Source of the DNA: Opitutales bacterium
Lineage (GTDB): Bacteria; Verrucomicrobiota; Verrucomicrobiia; Opitutales; UBA2987
Reading direction: 5' to 3'
Assembly: GCA_965226205.1 (NCBI GenBank)
Contig: CBDDCJ010000025.1
Coordinates: 36,800 to 100,799, forward strand
Length of the DNA: 64,000 bases
In this document: one piece after another, positions 28,744 to 39,429 of the stretch
How the letters are laid out: each line of letters begins with the position of its first letter
Numbering within the stretch: the stretch's first letter is position 1
The notes under the pieces: generated by a model
What the model saw: only the letters and a program-made list of their open reading frames with translations
What the model was told of the DNA's origin: nothing
Database searches by the model: none
Translations under genes and position numbers: made by a program

Positions 28744-30069
28744 ATGATTGATCGTCGTTCCTTCATAGTCACGGGGTTGGCCGCCACCGCGATTGCCGCG
28801 CATCGCAGGGCTTTTGGCCTGGCCGCCGATGATTCAACTTCGCTCGGCCTGGCCCAGACTCAGGAGAAGGGCGATGTGAGAAACCTGCGCATTACCGATC
28901 TGAAGACATTCCTCGTCGATGCCGGCAACGACGAGAACTTCGCCTATGTAAAGGTCTATACCAACCAGGGAATCACCGGCCTGGGTGAAGGCACGCTTTC
29001 GGGCAAGGGCAGTGCCATCGCCGCAGCCATTATGGAGCACAAACGCTACCTGATGGGCAAGGATCCGGGGGAAATCGAGCGGCTCTGGCAATCCATGTTT
29101 CGCGGTCCGCGCTACCGGGGCGGTCCCGTGCTGATGTCGGCCCTGAGCGCGGTCGAAATCGCCCTGTGGGACATTCTGGGTCAAGCGATTGGTCTGCCCA
29201 TCTGGCGGCTGCTGGGTGGGAAGGCCCGCGATAAGGTGCGCCTTTATTGCCACGAAGGCTACCTCGAGCGGATCAGTCACCGCAAGAAGCGCCGCCTGAA
29301 ATCGTTGGAGGAGGAGCTTGAGCTTTGGGTGCGGAAAAAAGAGGAGGGCTGGACCTGCGTCAAGGGCGGCTTTTTTCCCGTTAATTCGCAGGCGGTGGAT
29401 TTTCGCAAGGCCATCCGTCGGGGTGTGGAACACATGGCGGCGGTGCGGGCGGCGGTGGGTCCCGATTTTGACATCATTGCGGAGATACACGGGAAGGCCA
29501 ACCCATCTGCCGCCATCGAATTCTGTAACCGTATAGAGGAATTCCATCCCCTCTGGGTGGAGGAGGCGACCCAGTTGGAAAGCGAGGTTATCGAGGAGGC
29601 GCGGCAATTGCGCCGGCAAACGCGGGTTCCCCTGGCCACGGGGGAGCGTCTCACCAGCCGTTATGACTTCGTGCCCTTGTGCAGCGAGCGGCTGGTGGAT
29701 GTGATCATGCCTGATATAGTGCATTGCGGAGGCATTCTGGAGATGAAGAAGATTGCCACTTTGGCCGAATGTTTCCGGGTGGATGTGTCGCCCCACAATC
29801 CACAGAGCGAAGTCAGCACCCTGGCCTCCCTGCATGTTTGCATGTGCACGCCCAACTGCACCCTGCTTGAAATCGGCAGCGGGCAGGATCCTTTTTGGAA
29901 CGATCTGTTTTATGGCGGTTACTTCCGGTATGAAAAGGGTTACGCCTTCGCTCCGGAAAGGCCCGGTCTGGGCGTCGATCTGGACGAGTCCGTGGCGGCC
30001 AAATACCCTTATCAGGAGAAGGACTTCGGGGTGCATCATTTTCCCGATGGCTCGGTAACAGATCGTTGA
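28744..30069 (+). CDS. enolase-superfamily (mandelate racemase/muconate lactonising, galactonate-dehydratase-like) enzyme with a twin-arginine signal
   Basis: The start is placed at ATG 28744, giving [25 protein letters not shown] (RR-x-F-I Tat motif). Then ITDLKTFLV...[17 protein letters not shown]...[15 protein letters not shown]...LWVEE... is typical of the family. The ORF track start at 28621 is probably too early. Confidence 0.8.
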   Translation: MIDRRSFIVTGLAATAIAAHRRAFGLAADDSTSLGLAQTQEKGDVRNLRITDLKTFLVDAGNDENFAYVKVYTNQGITGLGEGTLSGKGSAIAAAIMEHKRYLMGKDPGEIERLWQSMFRGPRYRGGPVLMSALSAVEIALWDILGQAIGLPIWRLLGGKARDKVRLYCHEGYLERISHRKKRRLKSLEEELELWVRKKEEGWTCVKGGFFPVNSQAVDFRKAIRRGVEHMAAVRAAVGPDFDIIAEIHGKANPSAAIEFCNRIEEFHPLWVEEATQLESEVIEEARQLRRQTRVPLATGERLTSRYDFVPLCSERLVDVIMPDIVHCGGILEMKKIATLAECFRVDVSPHNPQSEVSTLASLHVCMCTPNCTLLEIGSGQDPFWNDLFYGGYFRYEKGYAFAPERPGLGVDLDESVAAKYPYQEKDFGVHHFPDGSVTDR

Positions 30070-30097
30070 AATTTCAACACTCCAAGTGACTACAACC

Positions 30098-30949
30098 ATG
30101 CCGGGAATCATTTTAGACGGTAAGAAATTGGCCAAACAGATCGAAGCGGTTCTGGCCGCGCGGGTTACCCGTTTCAGAGAAGCCTCCGGCGGATCCCGGC
30201 CAACCCTGGCGACCATCCTGGTGGGCGACGACCCGGCCTCGGCAACCTACGTGAAAATGAAGGGCGACGCTTGCCGCCGGGTGGGAATGGAATCCCGTAA
30301 AATCTTTCTCCGGCAAGAGACGACGACCGGAGAACTACTGGAAGTAATTGATACTTTGGCTCAGGAAAGAAATGTGCACGGTATTTTATTGCAGCACCCG
30401 GCGCCGCCGCAAGTTGATGAAAGGCTCTGCTTCGACCGTATTCCCATCGAGAAGGACGTGGACGGCGTTTCTGCCCACGGTTTCGGGCTCATGGCGATGA
30501 ATGAATCGGTTTTCGGGGCGGCCACCCCGACCGGCATCATGCATCTTTTGAAACACTACAAAATTCCCGTGGCGGGCCTCCATGCCGTTGTGGTGGGGCG
30601 CAGTCCGATATTGGGCAAACCTCTAGCCGCGATGCTCTTGAACACCGACGCCACTGTCACCGTATGCCATTCCAAAACAAACGATTTACCCGAAATGGTC
30701 CGCCGGGCCGATCTGGTCGTGGGAGCGGTGGGAATTCCGGAATTCATCAAAGCCGATTGGGTAAAGGACCAGGCAATCGTCGTAGATGCCGGTTATAACC
30801 CCGGCGGAATCGGCGACATCGAACTAGAGCTATTGAAGGACCGCTGCCGGGCCTACACGCCCGTCCCTGGAGGCGTCGGCCCCATGACCATCGCCACCCT
30901 CCTAAAACAAACACTGGAAGCGGCCGAGAAGTCTTTGCAGGCAACCTGA
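30098..30949 (+). CDS. folD: bifunctional methylenetetrahydrofolate dehydrogenase / methenyltetrahydrofolate cyclohydrolase
   Basis: [15 protein letters not shown]..., [16 protein letters not shown] and [13 protein letters not shown] are FolD hallmarks. I prefer ATG 30098 over the GTG at 30086. Confidence 0.9.
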   Translation: MPGIILDGKKLAKQIEAVLAARVTRFREASGGSRPTLATILVGDDPASATYVKMKGDACRRVGMESRKIFLRQETTTGELLEVIDTLAQERNVHGILLQHPAPPQVDERLCFDRIPIEKDVDGVSAHGFGLMAMNESVFGAATPTGIMHLLKHYKIPVAGLHAVVVGRSPILGKPLAAMLLNTDATVTVCHSKTNDLPEMVRRADLVVGAVGIPEFIKADWVKDQAIVVDAGYNPGGIGDIELELLKDRCRAYTPVPGGVGPMTIATLLKQTLEAAEKSLQAT

Positions 30950-30973
30950 AATAAAGGGGGAATAAAGAACTTT

Positions 30974-32560
30974 TCACTCCCACTCAATGGTGGCGGGGGG
31001 TTTGGAGGATATGTCGAGGACGACCCGGTTGACGCCGTTAGTTTCGTTGACGATGCGGCTCGATATTTTCCTTAATAGCTCTTCCGGGAGGTAATACCAG
31101 TCGGCGGTCATCCCGTCGCGTGAGGTGATGGCGCGAATGGCCACGCATTCGTCATAGGTTCGCTGGTCGCCCATTACGCCGACGCTACGCACCGGCAGGA
31201 GCACGGCGAAATATTGCCATATCGTGAGGTTGAGACTGGCGTATTTAATTTCGTCCGTGACGATGCGGTCGGCCATGCGCAGGATATCCAGTCGTTCCTT
31301 AGTCACTTCACCCAGGCAGCGGACGGCCAAACCCGGTCCGGGGAATGGCTGCCGGTCGATCAGGGAATCATCGATGCCGAGACTACGGCCGATTTTTCTG
31401 ACTTCGTCTTTGAAAAGCTCGCGCAGAGGTTCGATCAAATCCAGCCGCATATTTTCCACCAGGCCGCCCACGTTATGATGGCTTTTGATGGTGGCCGCTT
31501 CATCCGTTAGGGAGCCGCTTTCGATCACATCGGGGTAAAGCGTCCCCTGCACCAGGTAATGAACGTTCTCAATGCGCTGGGCTTCCTTTTCAAATACTTC
31601 GATGAAAACGCGCCCGATAATTTTACGTTTTTGCTCGGGATCTGCGACACCGGCAAGTTCGCGCAAAAAACGATCGGCAGCATCTACTTTATGCACATTG
31701 AGGCCGAGTTGTTTTGTCGATTGCATGACCTCGGCCGCTTCTCCGGCCCTCAAAAGTCCGTTATCGACAAAGATGCAATAAAGACGTTGGCCTACCGCTT
31801 TGTGCACAAGCACGGCGGCGACGGTGGAATCGACCCCGCCGCTGAGCCCACAAATGAGGTTTCCGCTGGTGGCCTTGCGGCGGGTTATTTCCAGGACCTC
31901 ATCGATAAAATCAGCGGATTTCCAGTCCATCTCCAGTCCGGCCACCTGGTAAAGGAAAGCTGAGAGGATGTCCTTGCCCCGTAGGGTGTGGTGCACCTCG
32001 GGATGGAATTGAACGCCATAGATTCTACGCTCCGGGTGGCCGAAGGCGGCGATGGGCGAACCATCCGAGCGGGCCAGGGTTTGAAATTCCGGTGGGGCGG
32101 AGGTTACCTTGTCCCCATGGCTCATCCACACTTCCAGAGCTTCATCGATTGAAAAATCGGCAAAAAGACCGGATGGATTTTCAATATTAACGACGGCGGG
32201 ACCAAATTCCCGCAAGCCATCGTCGGGCAAAGTTTTTTCCATGTTGCCGGATTTCCCGTCCGAGTTCCAACCCCCGATACTGCCGCCGAATTCCACCGCT
32301 ATCATCTGCATACCGTAGCAAATGCCGAGCACCGGAATATTGCAGCGCAACGCTTCGGGAGCCATCCGGGGAGCGCTCGCAGAGGCCACGGAAGCCGGTC
32401 CGCCGGAAAGAATCAACGCTTGGGGCTTTTTTTCCTGAATTTTCTCAAAAGGCGTCGTTCCCGGTATAATTTGGCAATAAACGCCCAATTCCCTGACCGC
32501 TCGCGCGATGAGCGGCGTGTATTGGGAACCGAAGTCAAGAATCAGCATTTGGCTATCCAT
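30974..32560 (-). CDS. guaA: GMP synthase (glutamine-hydrolysing)
   Basis: 528 aa with an N-terminal GATase domain (GICYGMQ), the PP-loop SGGVDSTV, and the C-terminal KPPATIEWE. Confidence 0.95.
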   Translation of the reverse strand: MDSQMLILDFGSQYTPLIARAVRELGVYCQIIPGTTPFEKIQEKKPQALILSGGPASVASASAPRMAPEALRCNIPVLGICYGMQMIAVEFGGSIGGWNSDGKSGNMEKTLPDDGLREFGPAVVNIENPSGLFADFSIDEALEVWMSHGDKVTSAPPEFQTLARSDGSPIAAFGHPERRIYGVQFHPEVHHTLRGKDILSAFLYQVAGLEMDWKSADFIDEVLEITRRKATSGNLICGLSGGVDSTVAAVLVHKAVGQRLYCIFVDNGLLRAGEAAEVMQSTKQLGLNVHKVDAADRFLRELAGVADPEQKRKIIGRVFIEVFEKEAQRIENVHYLVQGTLYPDVIESGSLTDEAATIKSHHNVGGLVENMRLDLIEPLRELFKDEVRKIGRSLGIDDSLIDRQPFPGPGLAVRCLGEVTKERLDILRMADRIVTDEIKYASLNLTIWQYFAVLLPVRSVGVMGDQRTYDECVAIRAITSRDGMTADWYYLPEELLRKISSRIVNETNGVNRVVLDISSKPPATIEWE

Positions 32561-32574
32561 GACTGCGGAAGGAC

Positions 32575-33066
32575 CTACTTGGTGGAATCTTTTCGGTCGA
32601 TAATGGGATGGATAAACTGTGTTTCCGTATCCCAGGGAAACAAAATCCAGGTATCCTGGCTCACTTCCGTAATGAATGTATCGACGTGATGCCTGCCTTC
32701 CGGTTTCACATAGACGGTGGCAAAATGCGCTTTCGGTAGTGATGCGCGAACGACTTGGGCGGTTTTTCCGGTATCCACGAGGTCATCGATGAGCAGCCAA
32801 CCTTCGCCGTCGCCCTCGATGTCCTTGAGCACTTTTATATCGCCTTGCTGCTGCCATTCATAGCTGCTGACGCAAAAGGTATCGACCAAACGTATCTCCA
32901 ACTCGCGCGCTATGATGGCTACCGGAACAAGGCCCCCACGGGTGATGGCGATGATCCCTTTCCATTTTGTCGGGCCGATTAATCTCCACGACAAGGCCCG
33001 GCAGTCTCTTTGCAGTTGGTCCCAGGAAATGGGAAATGTTTTTATATTGGTTTCGTCGCTGCTCAT
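32575..33066 (-). CDS. gpt: xanthine-guanine phosphoribosyltransferase
   Basis: ...[19 protein letters not shown]...[10 protein letters not shown]...[13 protein letters not shown] (PRPP motif)...FPWD resembles Gpt. The start is placed at the second Met; the ORF track starts at 33090. Confidence 0.85.
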   Translation of the reverse strand: MSSDETNIKTFPISWDQLQRDCRALSWRLIGPTKWKGIIAITRGGLVPVAIIARELEIRLVDTFCVSSYEWQQQGDIKVLKDIEGDGEGWLLIDDLVDTGKTAQVVRASLPKAHFATVYVKPEGRHHVDTFITEVSQDTWILFPWDTETQFIHPIIDRKDSTK

Positions 33067-33155
33067 CTTGAGCGAACTTAATCGATTCATTTATCAATAC
33101 GAGAAAAAAGCGAAAAATTGGGGCAAAACTCTGTCATAATAAGGCTATTTATAAT

Positions 33156-34226
33156 TCAGGAACCGCTCAAACCCAGGCGCTCGCGGCGATAGTTCTTCGC
33201 GTTGATTCGTTCACACCAATCCAGGTTTTCCAGATACCATTTGACGGTGGCCGTCATACCATCGGTAAAATCGTAGCGCGCTGACCAACCCAGTTCCTCT
33301 TTCAATTTCCCATAATCCATGGCATAACGCCGGTCGTGACCGGGCCGGTCAGCGACAAAGCTTTTCAGGATTTTGTAGGATTCTCCGGTCTGCCACGGAT
33401 TAAGGTCATCCAGAATTTGACAAAGCCGATCGACCACCTTGATGTTCGTTTTTTCGGCATCGCCGCCAATATTGTAAACCTCGCCCACCCCGCCTTGGCC
33501 CAGGGCCTGCCAGATCGCATCGCAATGGTCTTCCACATGGAGCCAATCCCTGACATTTTGCCCGTCCCCGTAAATGGGCAGCGGTTTTCCTTCGAGGGCA
33601 TTGAGAATCATGAGGGGAATCAGTTTTTCCGGAAACTGCCAGGGGCCGTAATTGTTCGAGCAGCGCGTAATAACCACGGGCAATCCATAGGTGTGATAAT
33701 AGGACCTGAAAACGAGGTCGCCGGCCGCCTTGGAGGCCGCATAGGGGCTGTTGGGGGCCAGCGGGTTTTGTTCCGTAAAGGGAGGCTCCTCCGGCCCGAG
33801 GGAGCCGTAAACTTCGTCCGTCGATATGTGGAGCAAGCGAAAGCGCTCGGCTTCGGTGGGCGGCAGCGATTTCCAGAAACATCGCAAGGCGTCCGCCAAT
33901 CGCAGGGTTGCGGTGACGTTGGCGGCAAAAAAAGGCTCCGGCGAATCGATGGAACGATCGACGTGGGTCTCAGCCGCAAAATTAACCACCGAGTCAATGG
34001 AATGCTCGCACAACAGTTTCTCCACCAACCCGGGATCGCCAATATCGCCCTGCGCGAACCGGTAGCGGGGATCGTTGCTTATTTCATTCAAGTTTTCCTC
34101 ATTCCCGGCATAGGTTAGCTTGTCCAGATTGACCAGCAAATCACCCGCTGCAAGGTACCCAGAAAGGCATTTACGGACAAAATTCGTGCCGATGAAACCG
34201 CAGCCTCCTGTCACCAATAGATTCAT
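33156..34226 (-). CDS. rfbB: dTDP-glucose 4,6-dehydratase
   Basis: Rossmann motif GGCGFIGTNF and catalytic YAASKAA (YxxxK). Length is 356 aa. Confidence 0.9.
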   Translation of the reverse strand: MNLLVTGGCGFIGTNFVRKCLSGYLAAGDLLVNLDKLTYAGNEENLNEISNDPRYRFAQGDIGDPGLVEKLLCEHSIDSVVNFAAETHVDRSIDSPEPFFAANVTATLRLADALRCFWKSLPPTEAERFRLLHISTDEVYGSLGPEEPPFTEQNPLAPNSPYAASKAAGDLVFRSYYHTYGLPVVITRCSNNYGPWQFPEKLIPLMILNALEGKPLPIYGDGQNVRDWLHVEDHCDAIWQALGQGGVGEVYNIGGDAEKTNIKVVDRLCQILDDLNPWQTGESYKILKSFVADRPGHDRRYAMDYGKLKEELGWSARYDFTDGMTATVKWYLENLDWCERINAKNYRRERLGLSGS

Positions 34227-35125
34227 TTTTTAATCGCGTTAGTAATCGGAGCTTCCGGTCGCCAGTTTTGCAAGGCTTTGCCAATGGCTTCACGGACCGG
34301 CGTGAGTTCTATCCCCGCCCCGGTTATTTTTGAGCTGTCGAGAACGCAACTGGAGCGGGGCGCTTTGGCAGCCGTTCGCATGAAGGCTTCTTCCGAGGCG
34401 AAAAATTGCGGTTCCCACTGGCGCACACCGCTGGCCCGGATGATTTCGACGACTTCCCGCGTAGTCACGCTGCCGGGGTTCGTTATATTATATGTGCCGT
34501 AGGAAAGTTTTTCTTGCCAACTTTGCACGGTTGCGCGCACGAAATCGCCCAGATGGGAAAGCGAATTTTCCACATTGAGGAGTTTCTCGTAACGCATCAG
34601 CTTGGAAAGGTAATTGCGGGCACCGTCGATTTCGTCAAAGGGAATGCGCAGCCGCCAGACATAACATTGCGGGGCCGAGGAGAGAACCTCCTCCCCGAGG
34701 GCTTTGCATCCGCTGTAGAAGCTGCAATTGTTTTGCCGAAATGAGAAATTGGGCGGATCGTCCTCGGTGAATCCCCGTCCATCGGCCCTTCGCCCGCTGT
34801 AGAGGCAACCCGAGGAAACGTGCCCCCAGGGAATCCCCACCTCGGCGCAGGCACGAGCCACCATGCCGGGCAGGACGGCATTTCCGAGAAGGCAGGCGGC
34901 TTTGTTGTCCTCGCAGGCATCCACATTGGGTTTGCCCGTATAACCGGCCGCATTGATTAAAAATTCCGCCTTGTTTTGATGGAGAAAATGGGCCAATTGA
35001 GCGGAATCCGCGCCATCGAGTTGCTTTCGCCCAGGGGCGGTAAAAGCCAAACCACGATCTTGCAGGTAACGCCGATAGGCGCTCCCGATATAACCATTGC
35101 CTCCAAGCAGGATAATCATTGCCAT
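34223..35125 (-). CDS. RmlD-like NAD(P)-dependent sugar-nucleotide reductase (dTDP-4-dehydrorhamnose reductase family)
   Basis: GGNGYIGSAY Rossmann motif and ...INAAGYTGKPNVDACEDNK... resemble RmlD-type reductases. It overlaps rfbB by 4 bp. No rmlA or rmlC is present in the window. Confidence 0.6.
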   Translation of the reverse strand: MAMIILLGGNGYIGSAYRRYLQDRGLAFTAPGRKQLDGADSAQLAHFLHQNKAEFLINAAGYTGKPNVDACEDNKAACLLGNAVLPGMVARACAEVGIPWGHVSSGCLYSGRRADGRGFTEDDPPNFSFRQNNCSFYSGCKALGEEVLSSAPQCYVWRLRIPFDEIDGARNYLSKLMRYEKLLNVENSLSHLGDFVRATVQSWQEKLSYGTYNITNPGSVTTREVVEIIRASGVRQWEPQFFASEEAFMRTAAKAPRSSCVLDSSKITGAGIELTPVREAIGKALQNWRPEAPITNAIKK

Positions 35126-35285
35126 ATATGGACCTCCCCAAAGGGTCTATCATCGATAACCGTTTCGGGGCGCGATGTTTGTCTAGGGGTGAAAATAAAA
35201 AATTGCGAAGGGGAAACAATACCTTATTGCAAAAAGATTCCCCCGGCTGGAGACAAGCGCCTGCATTGGAGTATTTTACTTTACC

Positions 35286-36371
35286 TTACAAGAGAAACAA
35301 CTGTTTTCCAGAAGGTGGTTGAAAATGATCGGTGGACAAGGGGGGACTTTGGTTTTGAAGACCGGCCCGGCGGCAGCCGATGCGGAAAAGCTGCCGCATT
35401 TGCTCCGCCCAGATGCCCCTGCCTTTCATGCGCAGGCCGAATTCGGGATTGTTCAGCTTGTCCCCGCGAAGGTCTTTCACCCGGCTGAGAATTTTTTCCT
35501 TTTTCCACGCATAATGCCGTTCCAGCCAATCGAAGAACAAATCCTTGTTGGCGTAGGGCAGGCGTAATACAATGTATCCGGCAAATTTCGCTCCTGCTTT
35601 GACGGCGGCCTGCAGGATGCGGGGAATTTCCTCCTCATTCAACCCTGGAATGACCGGGGCGATCATCACCCCGGCCGGGATGCCCGCCTCCGTCAGCCTT
35701 TCAATCGTCCGCAAACGCTGCCGTGGGGAAGAAGTTCGGGGCTCCATTCGCCGGGCCAGGGCCGCATCCAGGGTGGTGATCGACAAATTGACGCAAACTG
35801 CCTGATACCTAGCCAATTCCGACAAATAATCGATATCCCGCACGACCAGAGAATTTTTCGTAATGATGGCCACCGGATTCCTCAACCGGGCCAAAACCTC
35901 CAGGCATCCACGAGTGATGCCCAGCTTCTTTTCCACTGGCTGGTAGGGATCGGTGACCCCGCTCATGGCCAAAACTTCCGGCTTCCAATTCGACGAGGAA
36001 AGCTCCCTTTCCAGCAGGCGCGGGGCATCCTCCTTGACCACAATCTTGGTCTCGAAATCCAGACCCGAGGAAAAGCCCAAAAATTCGTGAGTAGGCCGGG
36101 CATAGCAATAAACGCACCCATGCTCGCAGCCCCGATAGGGATTCAAGCTCTTGTCAAAACCCACATCCGGGCTGTTGTTGCGAGAAATAATCGAGCAGGA
36201 AGAATCCCGAAAATACTGAGTTTTCAGAACATTTCCCGAATCTTCAGCATCGGAAAACCCCTCCGCATCCGGCTCGGGAACAAACTCCGTAGATTCAAAC
36301 CGGTTGCGCGGATTGCTCAAAGCCCCCCGCCCACGGGCAGGCAAAGAAGCAGGTTTTTCAGAATAAGTCAT
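35286..36371 (-). CDS. radical SAM protein, PA0069 family
   Basis: The N-terminal ...ARGRGALSNPRNRFE... is characteristic. The cysteine cluster is CEHGCVYC. Confidence 0.8.
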   Translation of the reverse strand: MTYSEKPASLPARGRGALSNPRNRFESTEFVPEPDAEGFSDAEDSGNVLKTQYFRDSSCSIISRNNSPDVGFDKSLNPYRGCEHGCVYCYARPTHEFLGFSSGLDFETKIVVKEDAPRLLERELSSSNWKPEVLAMSGVTDPYQPVEKKLGITRGCLEVLARLRNPVAIITKNSLVVRDIDYLSELARYQAVCVNLSITTLDAALARRMEPRTSSPRQRLRTIERLTEAGIPAGVMIAPVIPGLNEEEIPRILQAAVKAGAKFAGYIVLRLPYANKDLFFDWLERHYAWKKEKILSRVKDLRGDKLNNPEFGLRMKGRGIWAEQMRQLFRIGCRRAGLQNQSPPLSTDHFQPPSGKQLFLL

Positions 36372-36571
36372 AATATATGAACATATATATACTATTAATT
36401 GAGAAAAGAAACCCTTTTCTGTCTATCCAAAAGGTAACCTCAAAATACTGGCCTTGGCGTGTTATTATGGAATGTCTTGAATGTTTCTACCGAAAATTGA
36501 TAGGAAAGAATTGAGGTTATCATAAACGATACCGATTCTTAACGTGTCATGGAAATTCTCTCTCGCCCATT

Positions 36572-37688
36572 ATGAGCAACAAACCAGCAAAAATATATCG
36601 TTATCATTCTTTTTCCGCCAGAACGTTAGCAGAAGTGAAAAAACGGACGATTTTCTTTTCCGATCCAATACGATTCAACGATCCATTTGACTGCCCGTTG
36701 CCCGAACAATTAAGAGACATGTCGGACGATGAATGTCATGAATACCTCGATTTTTGCGAAAAAGCCTATCCAGAAGAACTTGGATTCCTAAAAGGAAAAA
36801 TGCTTGATTCCGAAACATGCGACTTCATTAGAAATCAAGCGTCTAAGTTATTCCAGGAAAATATTATGGATCTATTTCGCGGCAAAGGTGTTTGCTGTTT
36901 TTCAGCTAGTAACACACATCCTTTGCTTTGGGGGCATTATGCAGATGGTCACAAGGGGTTCTGTCTTGAATTCGACACGAATTCAAAATATTTTGTTGAG
37001 AAACTTAATGAAGTAAATTACAGCGGCAAATTACCAATATTTTCACCCTTAGCACTGTTTCGCAATGAGTTCGACCTACAAGATCCGGGACTCAAAATCT
37101 TACAGGACGTACTTTGCACAAAATCAAAGGCCTGGGAATATGAAGAAGAATGGCGTTTGCTTCATAACGAGGCCGATAAAGAATTTGGTTATGGGGTTAG
37201 CGCATTGACTGGGATCTATTTCGGGGCGAGAATGCTATTTAGAGGCTGTCCCAAAAACCCGAATTTTGCGAATTGAGATATTCGACTCCGAACTGTAAGG
37301 GAACGTAAGTCATTCAATTCCGTCAAAAACGCTGTATAAGGCCTCTTTTCGTTATAAATATAATCGCGTCAGACAGAGGTCTATGGTAGAATTGTATTTG
37401 AATATGCAAAACAAGAGAAAGGCTGACGGTGTTATAGACATCGAAATTGCCCAAAATCCCCTAAAAACGGTCTTTATGACAGCTTTATAAACAAGTTAAC
37501 TTACTGTAAAACAAATGGTTATAACTTTGGGACAGCCTCTATTTATCAACAAGGACCTTTTGGGATTAGTAGTTCATGGCTCAGAAACACAGTTATATGA
37601 TATGCAGTTTGTCCCTGGGCAATATGCGGTTCAACCAAAGCCATACGATTACAAACCACACCCAAAAGCGGGTGGTGACGGCACCTAA
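36572..37688 (+). pseudogene. DUF2971 family gene interrupted by a MITE
   Basis: KIYRYHSFSARTLAEVKKRTIFFSDPIRFNDPFDC is the DUF2971 N-terminal signature. The ORF runs into the MITE at 37242 and ends in the MITE-encoded tail RGCPKNPNFAN. Removing 37242-37545 restores an uninterrupted 270-codon frame ending at the stop at 37686-37688. Confidence 0.8.
37242..37539. mobile_element. MITE copy 2 (298 bp)
   Basis: It has the same length and termini as copy 1, with 5 substitutions found by eye. The direct repeat TATTTA lies at 37236-37241 and 37540-37545. Confidence 0.9.
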
Positions 37689-37890
37689 CAACAGGATAAC
37701 GGCTGTAAAAATGAATGTATTGGTGGATTGAACCGAGTTTCACGTGACATTGAAGGGGAGGGTGAATTGCTCGACTTGCCAAGAGAATCCATGTAAATTA
37801 GCTAATTCCCCAATACTCGGAAATGCAGACAATATCAATAAGATCGACAGGATCCCTTTTGACGGGGTGCCAATAAAAATCTCTGAGATT

Positions 37891-39207
37891 TTAGGCGACT
37901 CCTTTTTTTTGGATATTTTTGGGTTTAATGAGGTAGGGTTGGTAGTCTTTCGTGGCCCTTTCGGGTAGGGCGCAAAATATGCGGATGCCTTCATCTTCGG
38001 CTTTTTCTTTGAGCACACAGCCCATTTCGTGCAGGCGGTGCCTGAGGTCGTAACGGTTGTGCGGTATGAGGAGTTCCCGTACGGCGCCGCTTTCATCCAG
38101 TATTTTCTCCAGGCGGCTGATGAGTCCTTCCATCCCTTCTCCCGTTTTAAGGCTGACGTAACAGGCTCCGTTGAGCCCTTCCAGCTTGAAATCGCGTTTC
38201 TCTTCTTCGCTCGTTAGATCGATTTTGTTGTAAATCGTCAAAATCCGCTTTTTCTCGGCCCCCAAATGCTTCAACACTTCCAGGGTGGTGGCCGCTTGTT
38301 GAAAACAATCGGCGTTGGCCGCATCGATGATGTGGATGAGAAAATCGGCCACCAGGGCCTCTTCCAGGGTGGCTTTGAAGGCCTCCACCAGATGATGGGG
38401 CAGGTTGTGCACAAAGCCTACGGTGTCGGTCAGCAGAAGGACCCGGCCGGACGGCAGTTCCAGGCGGCGGGTGATGGGGTCGAGGGTGGCGAACAGTTTG
38501 TCCTCCACCAGGCTGCCGGCCTGAGTGAGGTAATTGAGGAGGGAGGATTTGCCCGCATTGGTATAGCCAACGATGGCCGCCGTGGGCATGGAAACTTTCA
38601 ACCTCTGGCTGCGCTGCACGGCCCGGTGTTTCATGACCAGGGCCAGCTCATTTTTCAGGCCGGAGATGCGTTTGCGCACCAGGCGCTGGTCGATCTCGAT
38701 TTGCGCCTCGCCCTCGCCTCGTTGGGTGATACCGCCCCCGCGCTGCCGGCTGAGGTGCGTCCAGGCCCGTTTGAGACGCGGCAGCGAGTAGGTCATTCGG
38801 GCCAGATCGACCTGTAAAACGGCCTCTTTGGTCTGCGCCCGCCGGGCAAAAATATCGAGGATGACCTCATGCCGGTCGATCACGCAAAGCCCGCTCTCCT
38901 TTTCCCAATTGCGTTGCTGGCCGGGGGTCAGTTCATTGTCGAAAACAATGCAGTCGCAATCGAGTTGACGAGCCTTCTGCATGATTTCCGCCATCTTCCC
39001 CTTGCCCAGAAAAAACCTCGCGCTGGGAGATCTCAGGCGGACGATTTCAACGCCCGCCACCTCAATATCGATGGTTTCGGTCAACTCCCGCAACTCCGCC
39101 AGCGAACTCTCCAGCGACTCCAACGACTCCCGCTGCCGCAAGGCGCCCACCAGATAAGCCCTCTCCACCCGCCGCGGTTTTTCTTTAACTTCAAACATGC
39201 TAAACAA
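37891..39207 (-). CDS. hflX: GTPase HflX
   Basis: 438 aa with an HflX-type N-terminal domain, G1 motif GYTNAGKSSLLN and G3 motif DTVGF. Confidence 0.9.
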   Translation of the reverse strand: MFSMFEVKEKPRRVERAYLVGALRQRESLESLESSLAELRELTETIDIEVAGVEIVRLRSPSARFFLGKGKMAEIMQKARQLDCDCIVFDNELTPGQQRNWEKESGLCVIDRHEVILDIFARRAQTKEAVLQVDLARMTYSLPRLKRAWTHLSRQRGGGITQRGEGEAQIEIDQRLVRKRISGLKNELALVMKHRAVQRSQRLKVSMPTAAIVGYTNAGKSSLLNYLTQAGSLVEDKLFATLDPITRRLELPSGRVLLLTDTVGFVHNLPHHLVEAFKATLEEALVADFLIHIIDAANADCFQQAATTLEVLKHLGAEKKRILTIYNKIDLTSEEEKRDFKLEGLNGACYVSLKTGEGMEGLISRLEKILDESGAVRELLIPHNRYDLRHRLHEMGCVLKEKAEDEGIRIFCALPERATKDYQPYLIKPKNIQKKGVA

Positions 39208-39429
39208 TCATTCCGTTTTCGTCGACAATCCTGAAGTCGGCATTACCTTAAATCCTGTTATCATGAATCAACATTTTCAACCAACTACTTCGGAAAACAA
39301 CTCTTAATTGAAACACCCTTACGTCTAGTGTCAATCTGTGCGGAAGACGAGCAGGGATTGAGCAATCCTTGGATGCTTTAAAAAATAATCAGCTTTAAAA
39401 TTTCCCCTCGATCATTTTAAATTAAAACC

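Noticed and set aside
28834-30216. 460-aa ORF on the minus strand covering the whole dehydratase gene
   Set aside because: It is antisense to a gene with clear enolase-superfamily sequence. Its product is Arg/Gly/Pro/Ala-rich with no recognisable motifs, as expected of a shadow ORF in GC-rich coding DNA.
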